Notes: a model not told the origin generated them from the sequence alone. Positions 8,971 through 18,703 are shown, counted from the stretch's first letter. The stretch is DNA of 45,905 nucleotides from an uncultured Chromatiaceae bacterium (GCA_964384295.1 CAYLLI010000001.1:1-45905); one strand, 5' to 3'. Translations and numbers: made by a program.

Positions 8971-9720
8971 CTACTCTTCTTTTATCTCCCAAAAGAAGGA
9001 CTCTTCCACAGTTTTGGGTTTTTTGCCCCCTGAACGCGCCTCAACCCGCAGGTTTTCAGGCTGAAACCCGGCCGGCAGGACAATATCCGCCGCAATCTCC
9101 TGAAAATAGCGAAACCGGAAATCACCGGACAATGGCGTCAGCGGGTCCGCCTGCAGCTCAGACAGGGCGTATTCAACGGCTTCTCCAGCAATATCTCCTG
9201 CAAGTGTCAGCTTTACCTTGCCTGAAATGGGCCGGTCACTGCGCAATGCCTGAGTCAGATACACCTGAACCCGGTACTCATTAAGGTTACTGCCGCGCGA
9301 GATTCTGAGGTCCTGAATTTTGACAACACCTTTTGTGTCGTCAGGAGAAACGATGCCGCGGTAAAACTCGAGGTTTTCTTCAAGCTCAGAAATTTGTGAT
9401 TGCAGCGCCACCAGTTCGGCACGAACCTGGCTGTAGGCTTCCTGGTCAACGCTGGCTGCCGTTTCCAGGATTGCTTCACGCTCGCGCAACTCATTGATCT
9501 CCGTTGCCTGCAGCTGCACCTGCTCTTCAAGTTCAGCGACAGCGCCGACCGCTTCCAGCCGGTTGTAACCCGCGCGTACCTGACCCCATTCATAGGCGCC
9601 AAACACTGCCGCAATAAAAGCGGCGACTACAGCAACCTGCAACGAGCGACGCAGCAGCGGAGAGCGCTGCTCAATAACTATTCGGGTTCGATTCATTCGC
9701 CAGGACCGGATTGAGCGCAA
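8971..9720 (-). CDS. membrane-anchored coiled-coil protein of unknown function (bactofilin-associated)
   Basis: 249-aa ORF. It has one N-terminal TM helix (LQVAVVAAFIAAVFGAY), then a heptad-like coiled coil (LEEQVQLQATEINELREREAILE...LVALQSQISELEENLEFY) and a C-terminal beta-rich domain. No catalytic motif is recognised. The start may be the internal ATG at 9696. Confidence 0.6.
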   Translation of the reverse strand: MRSIRSWRMNRTRIVIEQRSPLLRRSLQVAVVAAFIAAVFGAYEWGQVRAGYNRLEAVGAVAELEEQVQLQATEINELREREAILETAASVDQEAYSQVRAELVALQSQISELEENLEFYRGIVSPDDTKGVVKIQDLRISRGSNLNEYRVQVYLTQALRSDRPISGKVKLTLAGDIAGEAVEYALSELQADPLTPLSGDFRFRYFQEIAADIVLPAGFQPENLRVEARSGGKKPKTVEESFFWEIKEE

Positions 9721-9726
9721 CTTAAC

Positions 9727-10278
9727 TTACAGTGAAGGTGAAACATCGGGTGCCGCCACCCATTCTTTTGGCCACCAGCGCGGCTGTGGCGGAATGCCGT
9801 CAGGAAACATCAGTGGCCCGAGTTCCTTCAACGCATGCACGTAGACCCGCCGCTTAAAGTAAACAACTTCTTTCACCGGCCGCCAGTATTCTACCCACCG
9901 CCAACGGTCGAACTCCGGCTGATCGGTGGAATCGAGTCGCAGGCGGTCTTCACTGGATGTCAGCTTTAACAGATACCACATCTGCTTCTGCCCGATGCAC
10001 AGGGGTTTAGAGTTCCTGCGAATAAACTTAGCGGGCAGGTTGTATTTGATCCAGCTCCCGGTCACGCCGAGCATATCCACATCATCTGCAGTCAGTCCGA
10101 CCTCCTCTGCAAGCTCGCGGTACAGCGCCTGCTCGGGGCTTTCTCCCATCTGGATACCCCCTTGCGGAAACTGCCAACCCGAATGCCCGGCCCGACCACC
10201 AAGCAACAGGCGACCGTGATCATTGGCAATGATAATGCCAACGTTTGCCCGGTAGCCGTCTGCGTCGATATGGTCCAT
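9727..10278 (-). CDS. rppH: RNA pyrophosphohydrolase (Nudix)
   Basis: Nudix box GGIQMGESPEQALYRELAEEVGL and the RppH-like N-terminus DGYRANVGIII. I place the start at the internal ATG at 10278 (MDHIDADGYR...). The longest ORF extends to 10314. Confidence 0.88.
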   Translation of the reverse strand: MDHIDADGYRANVGIIIANDHGRLLLGGRAGHSGWQFPQGGIQMGESPEQALYRELAEEVGLTADDVDMLGVTGSWIKYNLPAKFIRRNSKPLCIGQKQMWYLLKLTSSEDRLRLDSTDQPEFDRWRWVEYWRPVKEVVYFKRRVYVHALKELGPLMFPDGIPPQPRWWPKEWVAAPDVSPSL

Positions 10279-10375
10279 AAGTCTGCTGAATTTCCGCCCG
10301 CGACATTGTTCCACAATCGCATTTGTGCCGCCACGATGTCATCATCGCGCTTCACCGCTAAACCACGGGCCGACC

Positions 10376-11353
10376 ATGCAACGAACTCTCTGCCTTATCG
10401 CTTTACTGCTGTTGTCGGGACTTGTTGTTCTGACAGCCCTGGCTGTGGGGAGCGCATCGTTTTCTCTGGCAGAAACGTGGGCAAGCCTGAACGGCAGTGG
10501 CGACCCGATGGCTCGCCAACTGATTCTTGAGTTGCGGCTGCCGCGCACACTGACGGCTTTTGGCACAGGGGCTGCACTGGCGGTGGCCGGAGTATTTATG
10601 CAGGTGCTGTTGCGCAACCCTCTGGCGGACCCCTACATATTGGGTACGTCCGGTGGTGCGGCAACCGCTGCACTTCTGGCGATATCTTTGGGCGCTTCCG
10701 GCTTCCTGCTAAACACCTTTGCGTTCGCAGGAGCACTGTTCAGCACACTTCTGGTGTTTGTTCTGGCGCGCTCGAGCGGCGGCTGGACTCCCGGAAAGTT
10801 GCTGTTAACCGGTGTCGTCACTGCCGCGGGCTGGGGAGCGCTGGTCACTCTGATGCTGACATTGGCATCCGATACCAATCTTCGGGGCATGTTGTTCTGG
10901 CTGATGGGCGACTTTTCGTTTGCGGCAACTCCGACGCCCATTCTTTTAACCGCAGCCGCCTCCGTAGTTGTCGGAATGGCTTTGTCGCGTTCGCTGAACG
11001 TTTTGGCAACCGGCGAAGATCAGGCGATGCTTCTCGGTGTCAGTGTCGGGCCGCTGCGAACCGGGCTCTACCTGATCAGTTCGCTGTTGACCGCCGTTGC
11101 CGTTACAACCGCCGGCACCGTCGGCTTCGTCGGACTTGTCATACCCCATTTGATTCGACTGATCACAGGCTCGGATCACCGCATCGTCTTGCCGTGTTCG
11201 GCGCTGGCCGGTGGATCTCTTCTGGTTGTTGCAGACCTGCTGGCTCGCACGGCAGTGGCGCCGCAACAGCTTCCGGTAGGTGCAATTACCGCAAGCATCG
11301 GCGTGCCGTTGTTCCTGATCCTGCTAAGGAATAATCGCAGCAGTTTTAGCTAA
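10376..11353 (+). CDS. FecCD-family ABC permease, probable vitamin B12 importer BtuC-type subunit
   Basis: Polytopic membrane protein with FecCD/BtuC-type segments (ELRLPRTLTA, NPLADPYILGTSGGAA, VGFVGLVIPHLIRL). Start taken at ATG 10376 (MQRTLCLIALLLL). The B12 assignment is inferred from the BtuF-like and PduO genes 3.5-6 kb away. Confidence 0.75.
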   Translation: MQRTLCLIALLLLSGLVVLTALAVGSASFSLAETWASLNGSGDPMARQLILELRLPRTLTAFGTGAALAVAGVFMQVLLRNPLADPYILGTSGGAATAALLAISLGASGFLLNTFAFAGALFSTLLVFVLARSSGGWTPGKLLLTGVVTAAGWGALVTLMLTLASDTNLRGMLFWLMGDFSFAATPTPILLTAAASVVVGMALSRSLNVLATGEDQAMLLGVSVGPLRTGLYLISSLLTAVAVTTAGTVGFVGLVIPHLIRLITGSDHRIVLPCSALAGGSLLVVADLLARTAVAPQQLPVGAITASIGVPLFLILLRNNRSSFS

Positions 11354-11354
11354 G

Positions 11355-12449
11355 TTACGACTCGCCGCGACCTTCAAGGTATGCTCTGCCCGATTCCATC
11401 AGGGCAACAAACGCGTCCTCATCACCACTGCGGATACAGTCGGTAATGTTCTCTATCGCTGCAGCCAGACCTTGCAGCGGCTCAAGACCGAAGTGATTGA
11501 GGGACTGAATCTCGTAGTACAGATGCGGGTTTTCGCGGGCTACTTTGGTTGCGACGCTGAGCTGGGCATCAAACGTTGTGCTCGAGATATTGGCCAGACG
11601 CGGAACGCGCTCGCCGCTGTCAGCAAGGACAGAAAAGAAGGCAATATTCAACGCGTGCGACAAGCCAAGCACGTATGCGATCAGCCGGTCATGGTCCTCC
11701 AGCGACATCTCGGTTTGCAGTGCCATCGTGGAATCAAACAAGCGACGCGCCTGTGCAGTTGCCTCGGGGCAGCCGGCATCGAGAAAGAGCACGTGTTTAT
11801 CAGACAACAACTCAGCATCCGGGCCAAACATCGGATGGATCGAGGTGACCTGAATGCCGGCAGCAGCCATCGCGCGAAGGCTTTTCAACAACGGGCTTTT
11901 CAGCGACCCGACATCAAACACCAACCCTTGTCGCCCTGACGTCGCCATTTCTTCGAGAATTTCGACCGTTGTGCTGAGCGGCGCTGCAACGACGGTCAAT
12001 GCAAAGTTATCCTCGGCATCGTGCCAGTCGGCGAGCGACGTCACGCCTTCAACGCTCCCGCCGGGGTCGGCGACCACCACATCAAAGCCCTGAGAATCCA
12101 GAAAGTTAACAAACCACTGACCCATTTTGCCGGCGCCGCCGATCACCAGCGCCCGACTTCCTGAACCCCGCCCCTCAGCACGGACCCGCGCCCGCTCCTG
12201 CTTCGTCAACGAGGAGTGAATCAGCATGGCCATCAGGTGTTCGGCCAGGTCGGGCTGCAAGCCCAGGGTCTCTGCCTGCTGCCTCGCCCCGTCGATCACT
12301 TCCTTTTCGCGGGCAAAGTCACGCGTCGCACGCCCCTCGGCACGCTTAAACTGACCCACTTCATCAACAATGCTCTGGCGCTCGGCAATCAACTCAAGCA
12401 GCTGACGATCGACCTCGGTGAGTCGCTGGCGCAGTTCTTTAAGGTCCAT
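11355..12449 (-). CDS. tyrA: bifunctional chorismate mutase / prephenate dehydrogenase (T-protein)
   Basis: 364-aa ORF. The N-terminal AroQ chorismate mutase helix is LKELRQRLTEVDRQLLELIAERQ. It is followed by a prephenate dehydrogenase Rossmann fold (ALVIGGAGKMGQWF). Confidence 0.88.
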   Translation of the reverse strand: MDLKELRQRLTEVDRQLLELIAERQSIVDEVGQFKRAEGRATRDFAREKEVIDGARQQAETLGLQPDLAEHLMAMLIHSSLTKQERARVRAEGRGSGSRALVIGGAGKMGQWFVNFLDSQGFDVVVADPGGSVEGVTSLADWHDAEDNFALTVVAAPLSTTVEILEEMATSGRQGLVFDVGSLKSPLLKSLRAMAAAGIQVTSIHPMFGPDAELLSDKHVLFLDAGCPEATAQARRLFDSTMALQTEMSLEDHDRLIAYVLGLSHALNIAFFSVLADSGERVPRLANISSTTFDAQLSVATKVARENPHLYYEIQSLNHFGLEPLQGLAAAIENITDCIRSGDEDAFVALMESGRAYLEGRGES

Positions 12450-12552
12450 TAAATACGGTTACTCAAAAAATGGGGGGCAGAATCGTTCTTCTCTGATTAG
12501 ACGACGCGAAGATAGCATGTCGCCCTTGGCTCAGTATTGCTTATACTGCTGA

Positions 12553-13710
<1,158 letters not shown>

Positions 13711-13725
13711 TCGCGTTCACCGTTT

Positions 13726-14364
13726 ATGACCTACCTTCCCGAACCACTGCCCGCAGACCCGCTCAGCATTTTTGAATCCTGGCTGGATCAGGCAATGGCT
13801 GAACGCGCAAGGCCCAACCCCAACTCGATGTCGCTGGCTACCGTCAACGCATCGGGGCAGACCAGCGTGCGGGTCGTTCTGTGCAAGCAGCTCGTTGTTG
13901 AGCCGGGCTATCTTGTGTTCTATACCAACTACGATTCGGCGAAGTCGGCAGACATCGCCGGCAATCCCAGAGCGAGCTTTCTGATGCATTGGGACGAACA
14001 CGGCAGGCAGATCCGGGGCGAAGGCTTATTGGTTAAATCGCCGGCTGAAGAGAGCGATGCCTATTTTATTAGCCGCGACCGTGGCAGCAGAATCGGCGCA
14101 TGGGCGAGCCGGCAGAGTAGTCCGGTAGCATCCCGCGAGGCGCTGGAGGCACAGTTTGCCAGTGCTGAGGCCCGCTTTGCAGGCATTGACGTGCCGCGAC
14201 CTGACAACTGGGGCGGTTATCGGCTTTGGTTTTCTGCCCTCGAGCTTTGGCTGAACCTGGAATCGAGGCTACATGACCGCGCGCGCTGGGAGAGGGAGTT
14301 AGCGAGCACTCCGGCAGGGGTCAGCGCATCCGAATGGCAGTGCATTGGCAGGCTGCAGCCCTGA
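13726..14364 (+). CDS. pdxH: pyridoxamine 5'-phosphate oxidase
   Basis: 212-aa ORF with a PNPOx-family layout: the N-terminal FESWLDQA helix, an SVRVVLCK core and the C-terminal LWLNLESRLHDRARWER segment. Confidence 0.88.
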   Translation: MTYLPEPLPADPLSIFESWLDQAMAERARPNPNSMSLATVNASGQTSVRVVLCKQLVVEPGYLVFYTNYDSAKSADIAGNPRASFLMHWDEHGRQIRGEGLLVKSPAEESDAYFISRDRGSRIGAWASRQSSPVASREALEAQFASAEARFAGIDVPRPDNWGGYRLWFSALELWLNLESRLHDRARWERELASTPAGVSASEWQCIGRLQP

Positions 14365-14555
14365 TGTAGCAGTGGCTACAGCCGCTGTCGAATTACATTA
14401 CACCCGCAATGGTCGCAATTCTGCTGCGCCCGCGAAGTTCCTGAGGGCCGGCCCTCCCTGACTGTCGGGAAAAGTGACAAGCGTGCATTACCAGCACGCC
14501 GGTTGCTGTGCACAGAAAACCATAAATAATTGTTTTTTATTAATTTTTTAAAATC

Positions 14556-14571
14556 TGGCACAGGCTTTGCA
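14556..14571 (+). promoter_or_regulatory. sigma54 (RpoN) -24/-12 promoter
   Basis: TGGCAC-AGGCT-TTGCA is an exact match to the sigma54 consensus TGGCAC-N5-TTGCW. It is preceded by an AT-rich tract (14520..14553) and four dyad symmetries (14443..14515) that could be enhancer-binding-protein or IHF sites. Confidence 0.75.
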
Positions 14572-14581
14572 AGTTAATTCC

Positions 14582-14806
14582 TGCGCACAACAGAGTTTCT
14601 ATGAGTGATAGCTCTTTCGGTCTTTGGATGTCATTACTGACTTTGTCGGCAGGGGTACCAAAGCAAACAACAATAAGAACAACAACAATTAGAAGAAAAA
14701 CGAAAGAACAACAACAATAAGAACGCAGACGTCACCCGCTAGATGAAACTGTATTCGCGACAACAACAATAACCCGTAAACCCCACTGCCCAGTGGGGTT
14801 TTTTTT
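14582..14806 (+). ncRNA. candidate sigma54-dependent A-rich sRNA (CrcZ/CrcY-like Hfq/Crc sponge)
   Basis: The transcript is bounded by the sigma54 promoter (predicted +1 near 14582) and a strong intrinsic terminator. It has in-register AAN triplet runs of 8 (14666..14689), 3 (14693..14701), 7 (14704..14724) and 4 (14762..14773). The 15-mer AACAACAATAAGAAC is repeated exactly at 14666 and 14710. There is no convincing ORF or RBS. Confidence 0.6.
14781..14806 (+). terminator. Rho-independent terminator
   Basis: CCCCACT-GCCC-AGTGGGG forms a 7-bp GC-rich stem with a 4-nt loop, immediately followed by eight T residues (14799..14806). Confidence 0.85.
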
Positions 14807-14876
14807 GCCCTTAGGAACGCCACTTGGCCAATGACACATGGCACACTGTGCAACTTCGCCTAACACGGACGACCTG

Positions 14877-15644
14877 ATGGCAACGCCACTTCGTTGCAAG
14901 CAACTGAGCATATCGGTTGCCGGCAGAACACTCGTAGAAAACCTCGACTTTGAGCTGCCCAACGGCTCAGTCACTGCCCTGCTTGGTTTGAATGGCAGCG
15001 GTAAAACGCTGACGTTGCATACGCTGGCAGGCATCCGCAAACCCGCAGGCGGCTCGGTCGAGCTGCTTGGCGAGGACATCGCCACTCAGAGCCGGCGGCA
15101 AATTGCCGGCAGCCTCGGACTCCTGCTACAGAGTCATGAAGATGCGTTTCCGACCACGGTTCTGGAGGCAGTACTAATGGGCAGACATGCGCAGCTGGCT
15201 TTCTGGGAACAGGAAACCGCGGCAATGCAGGACGAGGCTATGGATTTGCTCAAAGCTGCCGGACTTGAGGCACTGGCGGGACGTCAGGTGAGCTCGCTGT
15301 CAGGTGGCGAACGTCGGCGCACGGCTATTACAATGCTGCGAATGCAGAACCCGGATGTGTGGCTGCTCGACGAGCCAACCAATCATCTCGACCCTCAGCA
15401 TCAGATGGGCGTAATGGAATTGCTGGAGCAGCTGGCGACAGCTGGCAAAACCATTGTGACCAGCATTCATGATCCGATGCTTGCGGCGCGCTTCGCTAAC
15501 TATGCTCTGCTTCTTAATGGCGACGGCTCGTGGGAGTTCGGACCGGTCAACGAACTGCTAACCCCTGAGAACATGACGAAACTCTATTCCATTCCTTATG
15601 AGAACATCAGCGGCGCCCGCTTTAATGCGCTAGTGCCGCGATAA
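14877..15644 (+). CDS. ABC transporter ATP-binding protein, FecE/BtuD-type (probable B12 importer ATPase)
   Basis: Walker A GLNGSGKT, ABC signature LSGGERRR, Walker B VWLLDEPTNHLD. The start is either ATG 14877 (preferred, MATPLRCKQL) or ATG 14838. It is followed by a cobalamin adenosyltransferase gene. Confidence 0.85.
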   Translation: MATPLRCKQLSISVAGRTLVENLDFELPNGSVTALLGLNGSGKTLTLHTLAGIRKPAGGSVELLGEDIATQSRRQIAGSLGLLLQSHEDAFPTTVLEAVLMGRHAQLAFWEQETAAMQDEAMDLLKAAGLEALAGRQVSSLSGGERRRTAITMLRMQNPDVWLLDEPTNHLDPQHQMGVMELLEQLATAGKTIVTSIHDPMLAARFANYALLLNGDGSWEFGPVNELLTPENMTKLYSIPYENISGARFNALVPR

Positions 15645-15717
15645 ACCTGCCAATTCAGATTCATCCGTTTCCGCTAAACTAGCGAATACCTAGCCAACTC
15701 AACTTCAGGAAAGCTTC

Positions 15718-16260
15718 GTGGGCCACAGACTCAGCAAAATATATACCCGCACCGGCGATGACGGCTCGACCGGACTCGGCAACGGCGACCGCGTCAGAAA
15801 AGACGATCTGCGGGTGGAAGCGTTTGGCACCGTCGACGAGCTAAACAGCACGATCGGTATCGTCCTGAGTCACGGTATTCCTGATGAGCTCGCAAAGATC
15901 CTCACCGAAGTGCAGCATGATCTGTTCAATCTTGGCGGCGAGCTCTGCATTCCGGGCCACACGATGATTACAGCTGACACAACCCGGCAACTTGAAACCG
16001 CCATTGATCAGCTCAACGAAGATCTGCCACCGCTTAAAGAATTTATCCTGCCCGGCGGCGGGGTCGCTGCAGCTCATTGCCATCTTGCCCGGACAGTCTG
16101 CCGGCGCGCCGAACGACGCACGCTGTCGCTGGCAGCGGCGGAGGACGTCAACGCCGAAGCACTCAATTTCCTGAACCGCTTGTCCGACCTACTCTTTGTT
16201 ATGGCCCGCACGCTGTCGCGGCACGAACAAGGTTCAGAGGTATTGTGGTCCAGAGATTAG
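15718..16260 (+). CDS. PduO-type ATP:cob(I)alamin adenosyltransferase
   Basis: 180-aa ORF with the PduO-family N-terminal ATP-binding motif KIYTRTGDDGSTGL and the helical-bundle core. GTG start at 15718. Confidence 0.88.
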   Translation: MGHRLSKIYTRTGDDGSTGLGNGDRVRKDDLRVEAFGTVDELNSTIGIVLSHGIPDELAKILTEVQHDLFNLGGELCIPGHTMITADTTRQLETAIDQLNEDLPPLKEFILPGGGVAAAHCHLARTVCRRAERRTLSLAAAEDVNAEALNFLNRLSDLLFVMARTLSRHEQGSEVLWSRD

Positions 16261-17141
16261 GGTGACGCTTTCGCAGCGCGCACACGCTGCAGCCCTGAGC
16301 ACACCTGTTCAGCACCGTCGGCAATTCTCAGGCTCGACCGGCTGATCGCGTCCCGATCCACACTGATAAGCGAATCGTTCTGAACCGCGGTAACAAGCTC
16401 AAAGTTTCGCCATGCTTCACGCCAGTCTGCCTCAGTATCATCCCCCACAGGCGCGAGAATAATCTCCGGATCCGCTGCAATGACAGACTCCAGAGCTACA
16501 TCGGCCGCTAACGTAGGCAATTTGGCAAACACATTCTGACCACCGCAGCGCGCCATAATCCGGCTGATCATGTGTTCACCATTGACGGTGTACCAGGGCG
16601 CCGCAGAAATCTGAAAGAACACGCGCGTATCCGGACTCGCACCATATCGATCCCAGACCTTGTCCAGCGCAACGAGATACTGATCCGCAGCCGTGTTCGC
16701 AATCTCCTGCGTACCCGCTGCGTCACCGATCAGGCGCACATGCCGGGCAATATCCTCCAGCGTTGACGGCTCCAGCACCAACAAGTTGTAGCCGAGATCA
16801 CGCAGCCGCTGCCGCATAGCTGCGGGATTGCCGGATTCCCAAACCAGTATCAGGTCCGGTTTTAGCAACGCAAGTTGCTCAAAATCAATGCGGAAAGAAT
16901 CACCGATACGAGGCAATCGGGCAGCTGCTTCCGGATAATCACTGTACTCAACCGTGGCAACCAGATAATCACCGGCACCCGCCGAGTATGCGAGTTCGGT
17001 CAGACTCGGCGCCAGCGAGACAATCCTGAGCGGCTGTGAGGCGCCGATGGGAACCGATTCAGAATCAGCATCGCGCTTCGAACACCCGAAGATACTGAGG
17101 AGCACAGCCATCAGGCTGATCAGGCAGAGAGCGACACGCAC
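16257..17141 (-). CDS. btuF: periplasmic cobalamin-binding protein (BtuF-like), lipoprotein
   Basis: The signal peptide has a lipobox (LLSIFGC). There is BtuF-like similarity: IVSLAPSLTELAYSAGA, YSDYPEAA, LKPDLILVWESGN. Its 3' end overlaps the PduO gene by 4 nt (convergent). Confidence 0.8.
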   Translation of the reverse strand: MRVALCLISLMAVLLSIFGCSKRDADSESVPIGASQPLRIVSLAPSLTELAYSAGAGDYLVATVEYSDYPEAAARLPRIGDSFRIDFEQLALLKPDLILVWESGNPAAMRQRLRDLGYNLLVLEPSTLEDIARHVRLIGDAAGTQEIANTAADQYLVALDKVWDRYGASPDTRVFFQISAAPWYTVNGEHMISRIMARCGGQNVFAKLPTLAADVALESVIAADPEIILAPVGDDTEADWREAWRNFELVTAVQNDSLISVDRDAISRSSLRIADGAEQVCSGLQRVRAAKASP

Positions 17142-17154
17142 GAATACTAAACCC

Positions 17155-18108
17155 TTACAGCAACCCGTCAGTCAGTGTCAGCAGGGCGAGCGCCGGACAC
17201 CAAATCAACCACAGGGTTCTGCGCACCAGAGAAACCGCGACGGCAGCCTGTTCTGCCACGTTACTCAGAACCAGAGGGTCATCGTTGGCTACCGGCAAAT
17301 CGGCATCTTCGGTCAGTGCAAGCTGGCCGGAGGCGCCGCGACCAACAAAGGCCAGCACCTCATCGCTCAGATGACTGACATGAATGGCCGGCTGCGAATA
17401 ATAACGACGGAACCCTGCAAGAGCACCATCGAAGCTGCCCGCAAGCATGTAACCAACAATAAGCAGCCTCGAAGGTAGCCACGCCAGCGCACCATGCAGG
17501 TAGTAAATACTCTGGGATGCGCCGTCAATCGGCTCGGCGGTTACTCTTTGAGTCGTTTCATGACTCAGACGCGGCAGTTCGCAGGTCGCACGGTGGCGCA
17601 TAAGATCAACCGAGCGGAACAGCCACGCGCCGGCCGGACCAAGCACAACAAACCAGAAAGCCACAGAAAACACCCGGTTATTTGCCTGCACATAAACCGC
17701 CTGATCAACCCGCCCGAGACCATCGGTGTCACCACAGTTCTCAACGAGTTCCCGCGACAGCTTGCGCGCCTGCTCCAGGTCTCCCCGGTTCATTGCCGCG
17801 ACGAAGTTAGCCCCCTCATCCAGCAGATCGCGCGGACCTAACGAGAATAGCAACACAACGACAGCGAACAAGAAGTAAGGGATGTCGGCAAGCGTGCCCT
17901 CCAGAACATAGGCGGCAACGATAACCGGCAGCGCGGCAAGCAGCACAGCCGCAACTACCCCGGCGGCCGCAACCCCCCGGCTCGTGCGGGCGAGCTTGGC
18001 AAAGACCCGGTCGAAATAAGGATCGAGCCAGTCGAACTGTCGCAAATGGAACAGGTGTGTCAGCAATCGTTCGACACCCAGTCCCAACAAAAGAGCAAGA
18101 AAGTTCAT
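17155..18108 (-). CDS. ampE: AmpE-like inner-membrane protein
   Basis: 317-aa polytopic membrane protein. Its N-terminus MNFLALLLGLGVERLL resembles E. coli AmpE (MTLFTTLLVLIFERLF). It lies immediately downstream of ampD, as in the ampDE operon. A CobD/CbiB alternative was considered and judged less likely. Confidence 0.7.
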   Translation of the reverse strand: MNFLALLLGLGVERLLTHLFHLRQFDWLDPYFDRVFAKLARTSRGVAAAGVVAAVLLAALPVIVAAYVLEGTLADIPYFLFAVVVLLFSLGPRDLLDEGANFVAAMNRGDLEQARKLSRELVENCGDTDGLGRVDQAVYVQANNRVFSVAFWFVVLGPAGAWLFRSVDLMRHRATCELPRLSHETTQRVTAEPIDGASQSIYYLHGALAWLPSRLLIVGYMLAGSFDGALAGFRRYYSQPAIHVSHLSDEVLAFVGRGASGQLALTEDADLPVANDDPLVLSNVAEQAAVAVSLVRRTLWLIWCPALALLTLTDGLL

Positions 18109-18139
18109 TCGATTCGTTCGCTGCGATCCGCTGATTGCA

Positions 18140-18703
18140 TCAGCTCAGCAACGCTTCCAGAGTCTCCCAACTAAAGGCCGGCCCGGGGTCAGTCTTTCTC
18201 CCCGGCGCAACATCAGAATGCCCGACTACCGGCGCAACTTCCAGCGAAGGGACGGTATTTCTGAGCATGTTGATTAAAACAGCAAGCGCCTCGTATTGCG
18301 ACGCTTCGTAAGGCATGTCGTCTGTACCCTCAAGCTCGATCCCGATCGCAAAATCATTGCATTTTTCCCGGCCCCGATACGTTGAGACACCGGCATGCCA
18401 GGCTCGTTGAAAAATATCAACGTACTGAGTGAGTTCACCGTTCCGCCGAATCAGAAAATGCGATGACACCTCGAGACCTTCAATTTCGCGGTAATAGGGA
18501 TGGTCATCCGGTTTGAGACAGTTCGTGAACAACTGATCGATGCCATCGCCGCCGAATTCTCCCGGCGGCAGTGATATTCCATGCACGATGAACAGATCCG
18601 GCGGGCAGTTTGCCGGGCGCTGGTCGCAGTTGGGCGACGGCACACGACTTGCGCCTTGGACCCAGCCGCTGCCTTCTTCAAGTTGATATGGCCCTGCGCT
18701 CAA
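18140..18703 (-). CDS. ampD: 1,6-anhydro-N-acetylmuramyl-L-alanine amidase AmpD
   Basis: Amidase_2 motifs: RVPSPNCDQRP, IVHGISLPPGEFGG, HFLIRRNGELTQYV, AWHAGVS, GHSDVAPGRKTDPGP. The longest ORF reaches 18763. Alignment to the E. coli AmpD N-terminus favours the TTG at 18703, but the start is uncertain. Confidence 0.85.
   Translation of the reverse strand: MSAGPYQLEEGSGWVQGASRVPSPNCDQRPANCPPDLFIVHGISLPPGEFGGDGIDQLFTNCLKPDDHPYYREIEGLEVSSHFLIRRNGELTQYVDIFQRAWHAGVSTYRGREKCNDFAIGIELEGTDDMPYEASQYEALAVLINMLRNTVPSLEVAPVVGHSDVAPGRKTDPGPAFSWETLEALLS

Noticed and set aside
14400-14560. Possible cobalamin riboswitch upstream of the BtuD-type ATPase / PduO adenosyltransferase pair
   Set aside because: Only scattered partial resemblances were found (GGTCGCAATTCTGCTGCGCCCGCGAAG, ACTGTCGGGAAAAG). 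There is no GGGAA-GGTG core helix arrangement and no B12 box of the AGYCMGGAGACCKGCC type. The segment lies upstream of, not downstream of, the only good promoter. A covariance-model scan would settle it.
14376-14561. 61-aa minus-strand ORF in the pdxH/sRNA spacer
   Set aside because: It has a GTG start and no RBS. It overlaps the sigma54 promoter and dyad region and has arbitrary composition. It is most likely a chance ORF.
14601-14720. 39-codon ORF (MSDSSFGLWMSLLTLSAGVPKQTTIRTTTIRRKTKEQQQ) inside the candidate sRNA
   Set aside because: There is no Shine-Dalgarno sequence ahead of the ATG. The C-terminal half is simply the AAN repeat read as codons, giving low-complexity T/R/K/Q. It is more parsimonious as non-coding. 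A dual-function RNA cannot be excluded without ribosome profiling.
14839-14853. Second sigma54-like motif TGGCAC-ACTGT-GCAAC just after the terminator
   Set aside because: The GG-to-GC spacing is two bases short of the -24/-12 geometry and the TTGC element is absent. It also lies inside the possible 5' end of the ATPase ORF.
17155-18108. Reading the 317-aa membrane protein as cobalamin biosynthesis CobD/CbiB because of the neighbouring B12 genes
   Set aside because: The N-terminus and topology resemble AmpE, and the gene directly follows ampD, the classical ampDE arrangement. I see no CobD-type conserved motifs. A profile search would confirm this.
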